Positions 20,804-30,227 of a stretch of 64,000 nt of DNA are shown in pieces. Position numbers and translations under genes: made by a program. Each line of letters starts with the position of its first letter. Position 1 is the first letter of the stretch. Source of the DNA: Thainema sp. (lineage in GTDB: Bacteria; Cyanobacteriota; Cyanobacteriia; Phormidesmidales; Phormidesmidaceae); assembly GCA_052168235.1 (NCBI GenBank), contig JBQLZK010000002.1:265456-329455 (forward strand). Direction: 5' to 3'. The notes under the pieces are model-generated. The model made no database searches. It was not told the DNA's origin and was given only the letters and a program-made list of their open reading frames with translations.

Positions 20804-23800
20804 ATGACATTGCCCAACCTACGGCAATTTATTGAACCCGTTCCAAGCTGCTATCGGCATGACTGTTTGGAGCAGGTTTTTCAATGGCTGCAATCCGACG
20901 GAGTGCAAAACTCCGCCTTTAATACGGTTGTCATTCTAGATGCTGATCATTACCCGATTGGCACCATCCGCCCCCTGTCCTTGGTCACATGGCTGATCAA
21001 TCACCTGCCGTCGTTCAGCGATTGGCATATTACTCTTGAGCAGTTTATCGCCACTCAGGCTCAACCAAACTTGATTCAGCCAGTTACGGTGGTTTCGGTG
21101 GCCTTACCGATTAGCCAACTGCCGATTCACGACCTGCCGCCTGATACGGCCCATTTGGCCGTGGTGGATCAGAATGATCACTATTTGGGGCTGGTAAATC
21201 TCACGCGGTTGATCCAATCAACCCGCGCTGAACTCAATCAGCCGTCCTGGTTGCCGCCCAAGCGTTCGTCTGGACAAGTCAAAGCACGGCAGGCTTCGCA
21301 GCCGCTACCGATTGGCTATGAGTCAATCTCGTTACAAACTGAGGCGCTCGAAGCCCTCAGCGACCACGAGCCGTGGGTACAGATCTTTGACCGTGTCCCC
21401 ATTCCGCTCATGCTGCAAACTGAGCATGGGCAGGTACTCAAGCGGAATCGAGTTTGGCGATCGCAAGTTGGCGATGTCACCTATGCGGCAGCAATTCATC
21501 CAGAGGCCATTCCGTCGCCCCAGTTTTCTAACTCACCCGAGCATCGTCCCTCAACGCGATCTGATCAGCGAGCGGACGATTCATCCGGCATCCACTTATC
21601 CCAACCTGTCCAGCCGTCATCGACCGCTAAACCAACTCGTTCTACATCGATGCCGGAGCCGGAGCGGACATTTCTGACCACTAGCAGTACCACTAGCAGC
21701 ACGACTAGCATGACCGCAGGGTCTGCTACTGCCCGCCAGATCCCTGACGGCTTGCCCGTGGGCTATTGCCAGTTGGAAGCCGAAACTAATACTCACCTGT
21801 GCGCCTGCCTTAATCAAGATGGCGAGGTGCATGTTTGGCGATTCGTGCGGATCGATTTGGGCTTTTCGGCGCAGCAGCTCCTGACAGTAGCGGATCAGAT
21901 GCCGCTGATATCAGCTGCTTTGGCGTCCTCTACTGTGTTGCCTCCCCCCTTAGCTACTCAAATCGGCGATTCCCAGGTGCAACAGCACCATCAGATCGTA
22001 AATGAGACAGAATTGCTGCCGCTTTCGAACGCACTTCTATCGGAGCGGGTCTGGCTCGTGGTGGCGCAGGATACGACGACTCAGCGGCAGTTGAGCCAAG
22101 AACTTGCGGCCAAGAATGCTGATTTGGTACAGCTCAATCGGTTTAAGGACGAGTTTTTGGCCTGCATTAGCCATGAGCTGAAAACGCCGTTGACGGCTGT
22201 GCTGGGTCTGTCGCATCTGTTGAAGAATCAGGCTTTGGGGCAGTTGAACCAGCGACAGGCTCGCTATACCCATTTGATTCATGAAAGCAGTCGTCATCTG
22301 ATGGCGATTGTGAATGACATTCTCGATTTGACGCGGATTGAGACAGGACAGCTTGACTTAAATTTTGTGCCGATTACGCTGCGAACGGTTTGTGACAAGG
22401 CAATTCGGCAAGCTTACAGTATGGTGCAGCTTGTCGCTCCCCAAAGTTCAACATCGGCATCCTCCGCGCCTCCTGTGGGCCAATCTGATCCAGCGGCTGC
22501 TACGTCCTTAGAGGCAGAAACCGGCAGTGCGCGATCGCAACAGATCATCCTCGACATTGATCCCAAAATTCACACCATGTATGCTGATGAGCTGCGGCTC
22601 CAGCAGATGTTGACTCACCTATTGAGCAACGCGCTGAAGTTTACGGAACTCGGCGATCAGACTGGACTGAGAGTTCGGCTATGGGACGGCTGGATTGCTT
22701 TTACGGTTTGGGATACGGGAATTGGCATTCCTCAGAAAAAGCAGCATCTGATTTTTCAGAAATTTCAGCAGCTTGAGAATCCTCTGACTCGTCAGGTCGG
22801 TGGCACCGGATTGGGATTGGTTTTAACCCAGCGGCTGGCGCGGCTGCATGGGGGAGATGTGACGTTTACGTCTACCGAGGGCGAGGGCAGCGAGTTTACG
22901 CTGCTGCTGCCGCCTGCACCACCTCAGGAGCAGCTCAATCTCAACCTGGACTTGGCGATGGCGATTCATCAACCGTCGCCTAATCGGCTAGTGCTGATTG
23001 TGGAAGCCGTGCCGCGATTTTTAGAAGACCTGCATGAGAAAGTGGCCCAGTTGGGCTATCGAGTTGCGATCGCACGATCTGGCCCAGAAGCTCTGGAAAA
23101 AATTCGTCGCTTACAGCCGTGCGCCATTTTTGTGAATCCACTGTTGCCGATGCTGTCCGGTTGGGATTTGCTGACGCTGCTTAAAACAGATGAAGATACC
23201 TGTCGGTTACCCGTAATCATGACCGGGACACCTGTGGAAGAGGAACAGGCGATCGCTTGCGGAGCGGATAGCTTCCTCACGCTGCCTGTGCAAACGACTC
23301 TGTTGCAAACTGTGCTCGATCGGCTGGAGGAACCGGAGGAGCCGAACGAGAGCCTGAACAATCTACAGGGAATTACCGCGCTGTATCTGGGGGCAGACTT
23401 GACGCTGACCAATCCGGCGGCCTATCCAACGTCGCTCAGCGGTCAGCTCAATCAGTTGCTTCATACCCACCACTGCCACGTGCTGGAGGCGGATGATCTA
23501 GATCAAGCTGAAATGCTAGCGCGGGTCTGGAAACCCAATGTGCTGCTGATTGGTACGCTGTCGGTTGATCCGCTGGTCTACCTACAGCAGCTCAGCGACC
23601 ACGAATTTCTGTCTACGCTGCCAATTGTGCCGCTGACGCCAGAGTTTGCCACGGTAATCGATCAGGTGCCCCAACTGCGGCTGTTCCCCTATCAGCCCAA
23701 TGCGATCGCAACTTCCATTTCGGTTCATTTGGACGGCAAAGCCCTATTGCGAATGATTCAAACCGCTGTCGGACTGACCCATCAGCCCCATATTTGTCTG

Positions 23801-24337
23801 CTTGATCCCGCAATGCTCAGCGCTAGCCAACCAGATTCTGTTAAGGATGTGACTGAACATTCAGGTCGCGATCGCACCGTTCATCCCAGTACCGCTAGCC
23901 CAACTCATGCGGCAAAAATCGATGCGGCTAAAGGTTTGGTCACCCTGGCCCATTATTTGCAAGCCTCAGGCATTCAGGCTCAAATTGGTCAAACTTGGCA
24001 GTCCGTGGAGCAGCAGGTTTATCATCACACTACCGATCTGCTGCTAATTTCACTTCAGCCCAACTGGAGCCAATCCAATCTGCTGCATAAACTGAGCCAA
24101 TTCCGACAGAGCAAAAACTGTCCGCTGATTTTGGCCATCATGAGTTCTGCGATCGCATCTGACCAAGAAGGACAGGAAAGCTTGACCGAGCTGCGTCGTC
24201 TTTGTCAGATGATCGTACCGGCTTCCATCCCGGTGCGAGAGTTGCTCAATCAAATTCATCAGCTCTTGAGTCACGGTTACGGAACTCAATCAGTTCCAAA
24301 TGATGCCGAAACAATTCATAATAAAACCCCAGAATAG
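20804..24337 (+). CDS. Hybrid sensor histidine kinase (CBS-like/PAS-like N-terminus, HisKA, HATPase, degenerate receivers)
   Basis: FLACISHELKTPL, LLSNALKFT, DTGIGI, GTGLGL. The receiver reads AIFVNPLLP, with Asn at the phospho-Asp position. Confidence 0.9.
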   Translation: MTLPNLRQFIEPVPSCYRHDCLEQVFQWLQSDGVQNSAFNTVVILDADHYPIGTIRPLSLVTWLINHLPSFSDWHITLEQFIATQAQPNLIQPVTVVSVALPISQLPIHDLPPDTAHLAVVDQNDHYLGLVNLTRLIQSTRAELNQPSWLPPKRSSGQVKARQASQPLPIGYESISLQTEALEALSDHEPWVQIFDRVPIPLMLQTEHGQVLKRNRVWRSQVGDVTYAAAIHPEAIPSPQFSNSPEHRPSTRSDQRADDSSGIHLSQPVQPSSTAKPTRSTSMPEPERTFLTTSSTTSSTTSMTAGSATARQIPDGLPVGYCQLEAETNTHLCACLNQDGEVHVWRFVRIDLGFSAQQLLTVADQMPLISAALASSTVLPPPLATQIGDSQVQQHHQIVNETELLPLSNALLSERVWLVVAQDTTTQRQLSQELAAKNADLVQLNRFKDEFLACISHELKTPLTAVLGLSHLLKNQALGQLNQRQARYTHLIHESSRHLMAIVNDILDLTRIETGQLDLNFVPITLRTVCDKAIRQAYSMVQLVAPQSSTSASSAPPVGQSDPAAATSLEAETGSARSQQIILDIDPKIHTMYADELRLQQMLTHLLSNALKFTELGDQTGLRVRLWDGWIAFTVWDTGIGIPQKKQHLIFQKFQQLENPLTRQVGGTGLGLVLTQRLARLHGGDVTFTSTEGEGSEFTLLLPPAPPQEQLNLNLDLAMAIHQPSPNRLVLIVEAVPRFLEDLHEKVAQLGYRVAIARSGPEALEKIRRLQPCAIFVNPLLPMLSGWDLLTLLKTDEDTCRLPVIMTGTPVEEEQAIACGADSFLTLPVQTTLLQTVLDRLEEPEEPNESLNNLQGITALYLGADLTLTNPAAYPTSLSGQLNQLLHTHHCHVLEADDLDQAEMLARVWKPNVLLIGTLSVDPLVYLQQLSDHEFLSTLPIVPLTPEFATVIDQVPQLRLFPYQPNAIATSISVHLDGKALLRMIQTAVGLTHQPHICLLDPAMLSASQPDSVKDVTEHSGRDRTVHPSTASPTHAAKIDAAKGLVTLAHYLQASGIQAQIGQTWQSVEQQVYHHTTDLLLISLQPNWSQSNLLHKLSQFRQSKNCPLILAIMSSAIASDQEGQESLTELRRLCQMIVPASIPVRELLNQIHQLLSHGYGTQSVPNDAETIHNKTPE

Positions 24338-24384
24338 GATTAGCCGGTACGCAATGCGTACCGGCTAATCCTATTCTGGGGTTT
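24324..24384. repeat. Perfect 30-bp inverted repeat between convergent genes
   Basis: AAACCCCAGAATAGGATTAGCCGGTACGCA-A-TGCGTACCGGCTAATCCTATTCTGGGGTTT; overlaps the kinase stop codon. Confidence 0.8.
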
Positions 24385-24396
24385 AGAATGCTGCTA

Positions 24397-24798
24397 CTAT
24401 TCTGCTTTGGCATCAAAGTCGAGGGATGCCGAGTTGATGCAGTAGCGTAAGCCCGTTGGCTGAGGGCCATCCGGGAAAACGTGCCCTAAATGCGCATCAC
24501 ATTTGGCACATAGCACCTCGGTGCGGCGCATGAAAAAGCTGTTGTCAGTCTCTTCCGCCACGTTTTCGCCTTCAATCGGAGCCCAGAAGCTCGGCCAGCC
24601 CGTGCCAGAATCAAACTTTGTCTCTGAGCTAAACAAAGGAGTACCGCAGCAGACGCACTTGTAAGTACCCGATTTCTTATTATCGTGATACTTGCCGGTG
24701 AAAGCCCGCTCGGTTCCTTTTTTGCGTGTTACCTTGTACTGCTCAGGCGTGAGCTGCTCTTTCCATTCAGAGTCTGATTTTTGAAGCTTGGTTTCCAT
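24397..24798 (-). CDS. msrB: Peptide-methionine (R)-S-oxide reductase
   Basis: GTERAFTG, CxxC pairs, [30 protein letters not shown]. Confidence 0.97.
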   Translation of the reverse strand: METKLQKSDSEWKEQLTPEQYKVTRKKGTERAFTGKYHDNKKSGTYKCVCCGTPLFSSETKFDSGTGWPSFWAPIEGENVAEETDNSFFMRRTEVLCAKCDAHLGHVFPDGPQPTGLRYCINSASLDFDAKAE

Positions 24799-24946
24799 AA
24801 TGTTTGGTTAGTATCTCCGTCTGTAGTGTTTATCGTAACGAAATGTTATGGCGAAATCAGGTGCGGGTTTCCACCAGCAATCTACCGAATGCTCTACATG
24901 TTGCCGCTGATAGCTTAAAATTCCGTCGCTGATAGCTTAGATTTTT

Positions 24947-25768
24947 ATGAGTCCTTTGCCCACGTTCCGCTTCTCAACCGATTTGCTTGGTCATTACCGC
25001 TGGCTGAGTCAGCAGGACTTAACCGTTATCGATGTCGAAACTACGGGTTCGCGTCCGCCCCACCACCGCGTGATTGAGATCTCAGTTCTGCGCACCAATT
25101 TGCGAGACGGCATTCTGGATCAGCAAACCCACCTGCTTCAACCCGGTGTAGCCATCCCAGAACGAATTGTCCAGTTTACGGGCATTACCCCTGCCATGTT
25201 GACCAATGCCGCTACGCCGGAGCAGATTTGGCCTAGCTTATTGCCCTTGCTCTCCAATGGCATTCTTACGGCTCACAATATTCAGTTTGACTACAGCTTT
25301 TTGCAGGCCGAATATAGTCGGCTTCAACTGGCTTATCACCGTGATGACGCTGATCTTTTTTGTACTGTACGCCTTGCTCGGCTGATGTTGGCTGATTTGC
25401 CTTCCCGCAGCTTGCCCGATCTCGTTCAACATTTCCAGTTCCCAATTGCCAAATCCCATCGCGCTGCTGCTGACACGCTAGCCTGCTGGTACCTTGCACA
25501 GCACCTGCTCACCCGTATTCAGAACGACGATGAGCAGACCCTCTTGGACTGTATTGGGCAAGAATGGCTGCCGATTCAAATGGTTACGCCTCTGTTTGGC
25601 TGCTCTCGCCGTAGGGCAAAGGCCATGCTTGAAGCGGCTGGTGTGCCGACTCGATCTTCTCGTCGCCGCAAAGCGCCGATGTATCGGCGGCAGGATATTG
25701 AGCAGTTTTATTGGCAGCGGCAGGAGGGGCTGGCTGCGTCTGGGGAGGAGCAGTTGGTGGGAGGGTAG
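24947..25768 (+). CDS. DEDDh 3'-5' exonuclease (DnaQ-like) with C-terminal HTH-like extension
   Basis: DVETTG, AHNIQFD, HRAAADT. Confidence 0.88.
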   Translation: MSPLPTFRFSTDLLGHYRWLSQQDLTVIDVETTGSRPPHHRVIEISVLRTNLRDGILDQQTHLLQPGVAIPERIVQFTGITPAMLTNAATPEQIWPSLLPLLSNGILTAHNIQFDYSFLQAEYSRLQLAYHRDDADLFCTVRLARLMLADLPSRSLPDLVQHFQFPIAKSHRAAADTLACWYLAQHLLTRIQNDDEQTLLDCIGQEWLPIQMVTPLFGCSRRRAKAMLEAAGVPTRSSRRRKAPMYRRQDIEQFYWQRQEGLAASGEEQLVGG

Positions 25769-26071
25769 GAGAGTGGGAGGAGGACAGGTTGGGAATGGGG
25801 TTGGAGGTGGATTAGGACGTTAAACGTTCACTTTTTATTTCTTGATTGTCTAAAAATATTTAAAGAGGCGCTATAAGGTGGATGGGACTTAGGTTGTAAG
25901 TCCTTGTATGTGGTGCTTAATTTTTATAGGTTTTGTCTGTTCTCATCTGAGGTTCGGTTAAAACCCGATGGTTTCTTTTCTGTGAAAGCTGGGCTGAACC
26001 AAGCTTTCACAGAAAAGAAATTGGGTTCTTATACACGGACTTGGATATTTGCAGCAATGTTGAGGACGTTC

Positions 26072-26118
26072 TTGACATTGTGTATATTTAACACTTACAC
26101 TTGGTGTATATTGAACAC
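26072..26118 (+). promoter_or_regulatory. Sigma70-type promoter overlapped by two tandem GTGT-N7-ACAC palindromes (NrtR-box-like)
   Basis: TTGACA (26072)-N18-TACACT (26096). Boxes GTGTATATTTAACAC (26080-26094) and GTGTATATTGAACAC (26104-26118). Confidence 0.6.
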
Positions 26119-26125
26119 GAAGGCT

Positions 26126-26950
26126 ATGGATAACCAGTTTGAAATTATTGGCGGTTCTGTTCTCGGATGGGAGCATCGGCGGATAGGCCGCAATAATCAA
26201 GATGCCTATCACTGGCTGGTGACTAAAGAGGTAATCGTGGCGCTGGTTTGTGATGGTTGCGGCAGTGGTGCCCATAGCGAAGTGGGAGCGAAGGTTGGGG
26301 CTCAGCTGGTAGCCCAGGCTTTTCTCTCGGTGTTGAAGCGGCTGAATCCTGCTACCGAGGCGGAGTTTTGGATGCAGGTGCGGCAGATGGTGTTACTGCA
26401 GATTCATGATTGGATTTCGGCAATGGGCAGTGAATATCTGCACACGTTGCGAGATTACTTTCTGTTCACGACTGTTGGGGCACTGATCACACCCGCGCAA
26501 ACCTGGATCTTTTCCATTGGTGATGGTGCGATCGCACTGAATGGTGAACTCACTCCGCTTGGCCCTTTCCCAGACAATGCTCCGCCCTATTTGGCCTATG
26601 GTCTGATTCAAGACTATGTTGAAGGACTGACGCCGGAGGATTTGCGGTTTCAGGTGCATCATCAGGTTGCAACTGCCGAGGTGCAGTCAATTTTGCTCGG
26701 TACCGATGGCGTCTTGGACTTGGCGGCACTGGAAGATTCACGGCTGCCGGGGAAGGAGGAACGGGTTGGCCCGATTGCCCAGTTTTGGCAAGAAGACCGC
26801 TATTTCAAAAATCCACTCCGCGTCAGCCGCCAGCTAGCCATGATGAATTACGAGGCGGTGCAGGTGGACTGGGAGTCGCTCACGCTCAATCGGCGCGGCG
26901 GTTTGCTCCCGGACGATACGACGCTGATTGTGATTCGGCGTAAAGCTTAG
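26126..26950 (+). CDS. PP2C-like phosphatase (TerY-P/YegK type)
   Basis: GSVLGWEH...NNQDA, VCDGCGSG, SIGDG, LGTDGV, DDTTLI. Start at MDNQFE (26126). Confidence 0.88.
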   Translation: MDNQFEIIGGSVLGWEHRRIGRNNQDAYHWLVTKEVIVALVCDGCGSGAHSEVGAKVGAQLVAQAFLSVLKRLNPATEAEFWMQVRQMVLLQIHDWISAMGSEYLHTLRDYFLFTTVGALITPAQTWIFSIGDGAIALNGELTPLGPFPDNAPPYLAYGLIQDYVEGLTPEDLRFQVHHQVATAEVQSILLGTDGVLDLAALEDSRLPGKEERVGPIAQFWQEDRYFKNPLRVSRQLAMMNYEAVQVDWESLTLNRRGGLLPDDTTLIVIRRKA

Positions 26951-26993
26951 AGATTATCCACCTCTCACCCATCCACCCCAAAAGGAGGTACCT

Positions 26994-27770
26994 ATGCTTG
27001 GTGCGATCGCAGGTGACTTAATTGGTTCTGTTTATGAATTTAATCCGATTAAAACGAAGGATTTTGAACTGTTTTCCCCTGGCTGTGGCATTACTGACGA
27101 TTCCATTTTGACAATTGCGATCGCAGATGCCATTCTGCACGATGACGATTATCAGGACAAGATTCAGTCTTATGCTCGCCGCTATCCGAATCCGACGGGT
27201 AGCTATGGAGCGCGGTTTTCGAAATGGATTTGGTTGGATGATCCGCAACCCTACAACAGTTGGGGCAATGGCTCGGCGATGCGGGTGAGTGCGGTTGGCT
27301 ATGCGTTTGATGATTTGGATACGGTGCTGCATGAAGCGAAGCGAACTGCGGTTGTGACGCACGATCATCCAGAGGGTATCAAGGGGGCGCAAGCGACGGC
27401 GGCGGCGGTGTTTCTGGGTCGCATGGGTCAGTCGAAGGCTGAGATTAAAGCTTACATCGAGCAGACGTTTGGCTATGATTTGAGCCGTTCGCTGGATGAG
27501 ATTCGCCCGACTTATGAGTTTAATGAGTCGTGTCAGAGGACGGTGCCGGAGGCGATGACGGCGTTTTTGGCATCAACGGATTTTGAGGATGCGATTCGGA
27601 ATGCGGTGTCGCTGGGGGGGGATTGCGATACGTTGACCTGTATTACGGGCGGTGTGGCGCAGGCGTTTTATGGTGGTGTGCCGGATGCGATCGCAACTCA
27701 GGTTTTAGGTTATCTGGATGATGATTTGAAGGAAGTTACCGTTAGGTTTATGGGGCGATTTTGCTCATAA
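26994..27770 (+). CDS. ADP-ribosylglycohydrolase (DraG/ARH family)
   Basis: MLGAIAGDLIGS, ITDDS, GNGSAMR, THDHPEG, GGDCDT; strong RBS AAGGAGG. Confidence 0.92.
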   Translation: MLGAIAGDLIGSVYEFNPIKTKDFELFSPGCGITDDSILTIAIADAILHDDDYQDKIQSYARRYPNPTGSYGARFSKWIWLDDPQPYNSWGNGSAMRVSAVGYAFDDLDTVLHEAKRTAVVTHDHPEGIKGAQATAAAVFLGRMGQSKAEIKAYIEQTFGYDLSRSLDEIRPTYEFNESCQRTVPEAMTAFLASTDFEDAIRNAVSLGGDCDTLTCITGGVAQAFYGGVPDAIATQVLGYLDDDLKEVTVRFMGRFCS

Positions 27771-28005
27771 GTTGCTCATAAAAACAACGTTGCTTCTGAG
27801 GGGACTAGCCCCCTCAGGCTCCCCCACTGGGGCATTCCGCTGCCCCAGACCCCGGCGGACGAGGTGATCGGTGGGTGGTGTGATGTCGCTTCGCATCGGT
27901 GGTGTCGTAAGGACGTTATTTGTTGTGTCTGGGCTTGGCGTGGAACGCCAAGTAAGTGCAACACCTATAAGCTTGTCCCCCATTCTTCCTTTCTATCTCT
28001 ACTGT

Positions 28006-28053
28006 CTCACTCTTCACTCCTCACGCCTCTCGCCTCACGCCTCACGCCTCACT
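28006..28053. repeat. Short tandem heptamer repeats (STRR-like, CCTCACG)
   Basis: ctcactcttcactcctcacgcctctcgcctcacgcctcacgcctcact. Confidence 0.6.
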
Positions 28054-28068
28054 TCATCCCTAACTCCT

Positions 28069-30006
28069 ATGCTTTTCCTCAATCACAAAAAACTCACTCT
28101 CAAACCTCAGCAGCTTCTCGGCAAGGGTGGCGAGGCGGAGGTGTATCGGCTGAATCGTCAGGTGGCGGTGAAGCTGTTTAAGCGGCCTGATCATGCGGAT
28201 TTTCGGGGGCAGGTGCAGGAGCAGCAGGCGGCGCGGAATCGGATTGCGGTGCATCAGCAGAAGCTGCCGCTGTTTCCGGGGAATTTGCCGGAGCGGGTGG
28301 TGGTGCCGATGGATTGGGTGCGGGATGATCGGCAGCAGATTGTGGGCTACACGATGCGGTTGCTGACGGGGGTGGAGCCGCTGCTGCGATTTTGCGATCG
28401 CAATTTCCGGCAATCGATTCCGCATCAGCGGGTGGTGCAGATTTTTCAGGATTTGCACGATACGGTGTCGAAGCTGCATTTTGCGAGTGTGGTGATTGGC
28501 GATTTCAATGACCTGAATGTGCTGGTGCGGGGGACGGAGGCGTTTCTGATTGATGCGGATTCGTTTCAGTTTGAGCCGTTTACCTGCGGTATGTTTACGG
28601 CTCGGTTTGTCGATCCGCTGCTCTGCGATCCGCAGGCGAATCAGCCGCTCTTGCAGCGTCCTCACACGGAGCAGTCGGACTGGTATGCGTTTACGGTGAT
28701 GCTGATGCAGTCGCTGCTGTTTGTTGATCCGTTTGGCGGTGTTTACAAGCCCCAGGATGCGAGTCGGCGGGTGCCCCAGGCGGCGCGATCGCTGCATCGC
28801 ATTACGGTGTTCCACCCGGAGGTGAAGTATCCCAAGCCTGCGCTGCCCTATGACCGTCTGCCGGATGAGCTGCTGCACTATTTTCAGTCAGTGTTTGAGC
28901 GCGATCAGCGGGGCGAGTTTCCCCGTCTGTTGCTCAATAGCCTGCACTGGATAACTTGTTCTACCTGCGGCGCGGAACATGCGCGATCGCACTGTCCGGT
29001 CTGTGCCCAATCCCAACCGGGTGCGGTGGTTTCGGTCACTGTCGTGCGAGGTCAGGTAACGGCGACGCGCCTGCTGCAAACTGAGGGACTAATCCAGTTC
29101 GCCACTGTAGCCGCAGGCCAGTTGCAGTGGGTGCTGTGGCGGCAGGGACAGTTCCAGCGGGAGGACGGTTCCGTAATCATCACGGGTGATCTACAGCCCA
29201 ATCTGCGCTGGCGAATTCAGGGCGATAAAACCCTGGTCGGTCAGGCGGGACAGGTGATGGTGTTGCAGTCCGGCCAAGTCGTACAGCGGTTGGCGGTAGA
29301 TATTTACGGTGCGATCGCACAATTTGAAACCTTACCTGCTCACACCCGCAGCACTCAGCCTTTATCTAGCGGTACATCCGAAGTCGCTGCCGTCTGGCTC
29401 CAGCAGGGGCAACTGTTACGCACTGACCGCTTAGGCGCAACCGTCATGGGAACCGTCTTGCCCGAACGAACTCAAATCTGGTGCGGCTCCACCTTTGGCT
29501 TTGGCTTCTACCAGGCAGGCGATTTAACTGTCGCATTCGTCTTTGATCTTGACCGTTCCGGCCTCAACGATCGCGTTCAACTGCCCACCTGGCGCGGTCA
29601 GCTCATCGCTGCTAACTGTGCCTTCGGTTCCGACTACTGCTGGCTGTTTTTGATCACACAGACACAAGGCCAACTCCAGCGCCACTGTACAATTATCCGC
29701 CGCGATGGTCAGGTTATAGGAAGTGCGATCGCAATTGACTCCACCCAGCCGAATCACTGGTTAATGCAGATCGGACAATCTGCCATTGCCCAAGACCCCT
29801 GCCCCTTCTGCCCGGTCTCTCGCTTCCTCCTAATCGCCACCGACGACGGCATCATCCGCATCGAAGTCCACAACGGCCAGCTCACCCAAACCCGCACCTT
29901 CCCCGACACCGAACCCTTCGTCGATGCCAGCACCCAACTCCTCCCCGCTCCCGATGGTCTTTACGCGGTTCGGATGCATGATGTTCAGCATTTGAAGATG
30001 AATTAG
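28069..30006 (+). CDS. YegI-like protein kinase with CxxC-CxxC zinc ribbon and beta-rich C-terminal region
   Basis: LGKGGEAEVY, VAVKLF, VIGDFNDLNVLV, LIDADSFQ, DWYAF; CSTC...CPVC. Start at MLFLNH (28069). Confidence 0.85.
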   Translation: MLFLNHKKLTLKPQQLLGKGGEAEVYRLNRQVAVKLFKRPDHADFRGQVQEQQAARNRIAVHQQKLPLFPGNLPERVVVPMDWVRDDRQQIVGYTMRLLTGVEPLLRFCDRNFRQSIPHQRVVQIFQDLHDTVSKLHFASVVIGDFNDLNVLVRGTEAFLIDADSFQFEPFTCGMFTARFVDPLLCDPQANQPLLQRPHTEQSDWYAFTVMLMQSLLFVDPFGGVYKPQDASRRVPQAARSLHRITVFHPEVKYPKPALPYDRLPDELLHYFQSVFERDQRGEFPRLLLNSLHWITCSTCGAEHARSHCPVCAQSQPGAVVSVTVVRGQVTATRLLQTEGLIQFATVAAGQLQWVLWRQGQFQREDGSVIITGDLQPNLRWRIQGDKTLVGQAGQVMVLQSGQVVQRLAVDIYGAIAQFETLPAHTRSTQPLSSGTSEVAAVWLQQGQLLRTDRLGATVMGTVLPERTQIWCGSTFGFGFYQAGDLTVAFVFDLDRSGLNDRVQLPTWRGQLIAANCAFGSDYCWLFLITQTQGQLQRHCTIIRRDGQVIGSAIAIDSTQPNHWLMQIGQSAIAQDPCPFCPVSRFLLIATDDGIIRIEVHNGQLTQTRTFPDTEPFVDASTQLLPAPDGLYAVRMHDVQHLKMN

Positions 30007-30185
30007 AAGGGGCTGTAAAGGCTGTAGAGGGCTGTAAAGGAGAGAAAGCCCGCAGCACGATGCTGGCAGGAAGGCAGATCCTCCTACTCCCTTGACTCCC
30101 TCTATACCTAGCAAACAAAAGCCATTCATCCCGATACGATTACCCCTGACTCCCTTTACAGCCTCTACAGCCTTTACAGCCCTTT
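30007..30185. repeat. Intergenic element bounded by inverted arrays of a 9-mer (GGCTGTAAA x3 / TTTACAGCC x3)
   Basis: GGGCTGTAAAGGCTGTAGAGGGCTGTAAAGG...CCTTTACAGCCTCTACAGCCTTTACAGCCC. Confidence 0.65.
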
Positions 30186-30227
30186 TTCAAAATCTTACCC
30201 ACCTTACCTACACGGAAACTTAACACC

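Noticed and set aside
25904..26125. Longer N-terminus of the PP2C ORF given in the track
   Set aside because: It runs through the promoter and operator region; family-like sequence begins at MDNQFE (26126).
27871..28068. Longer N-terminus of the kinase ORF
   Set aside because: It translates hairpin and heptamer repeat DNA; kinase motifs start just after ATG 28069.
28060..28878. 272-aa minus-strand ORF
   Set aside because: Antisense shadow of the kinase caused by codon bias; H/R/Q-rich with no motifs.
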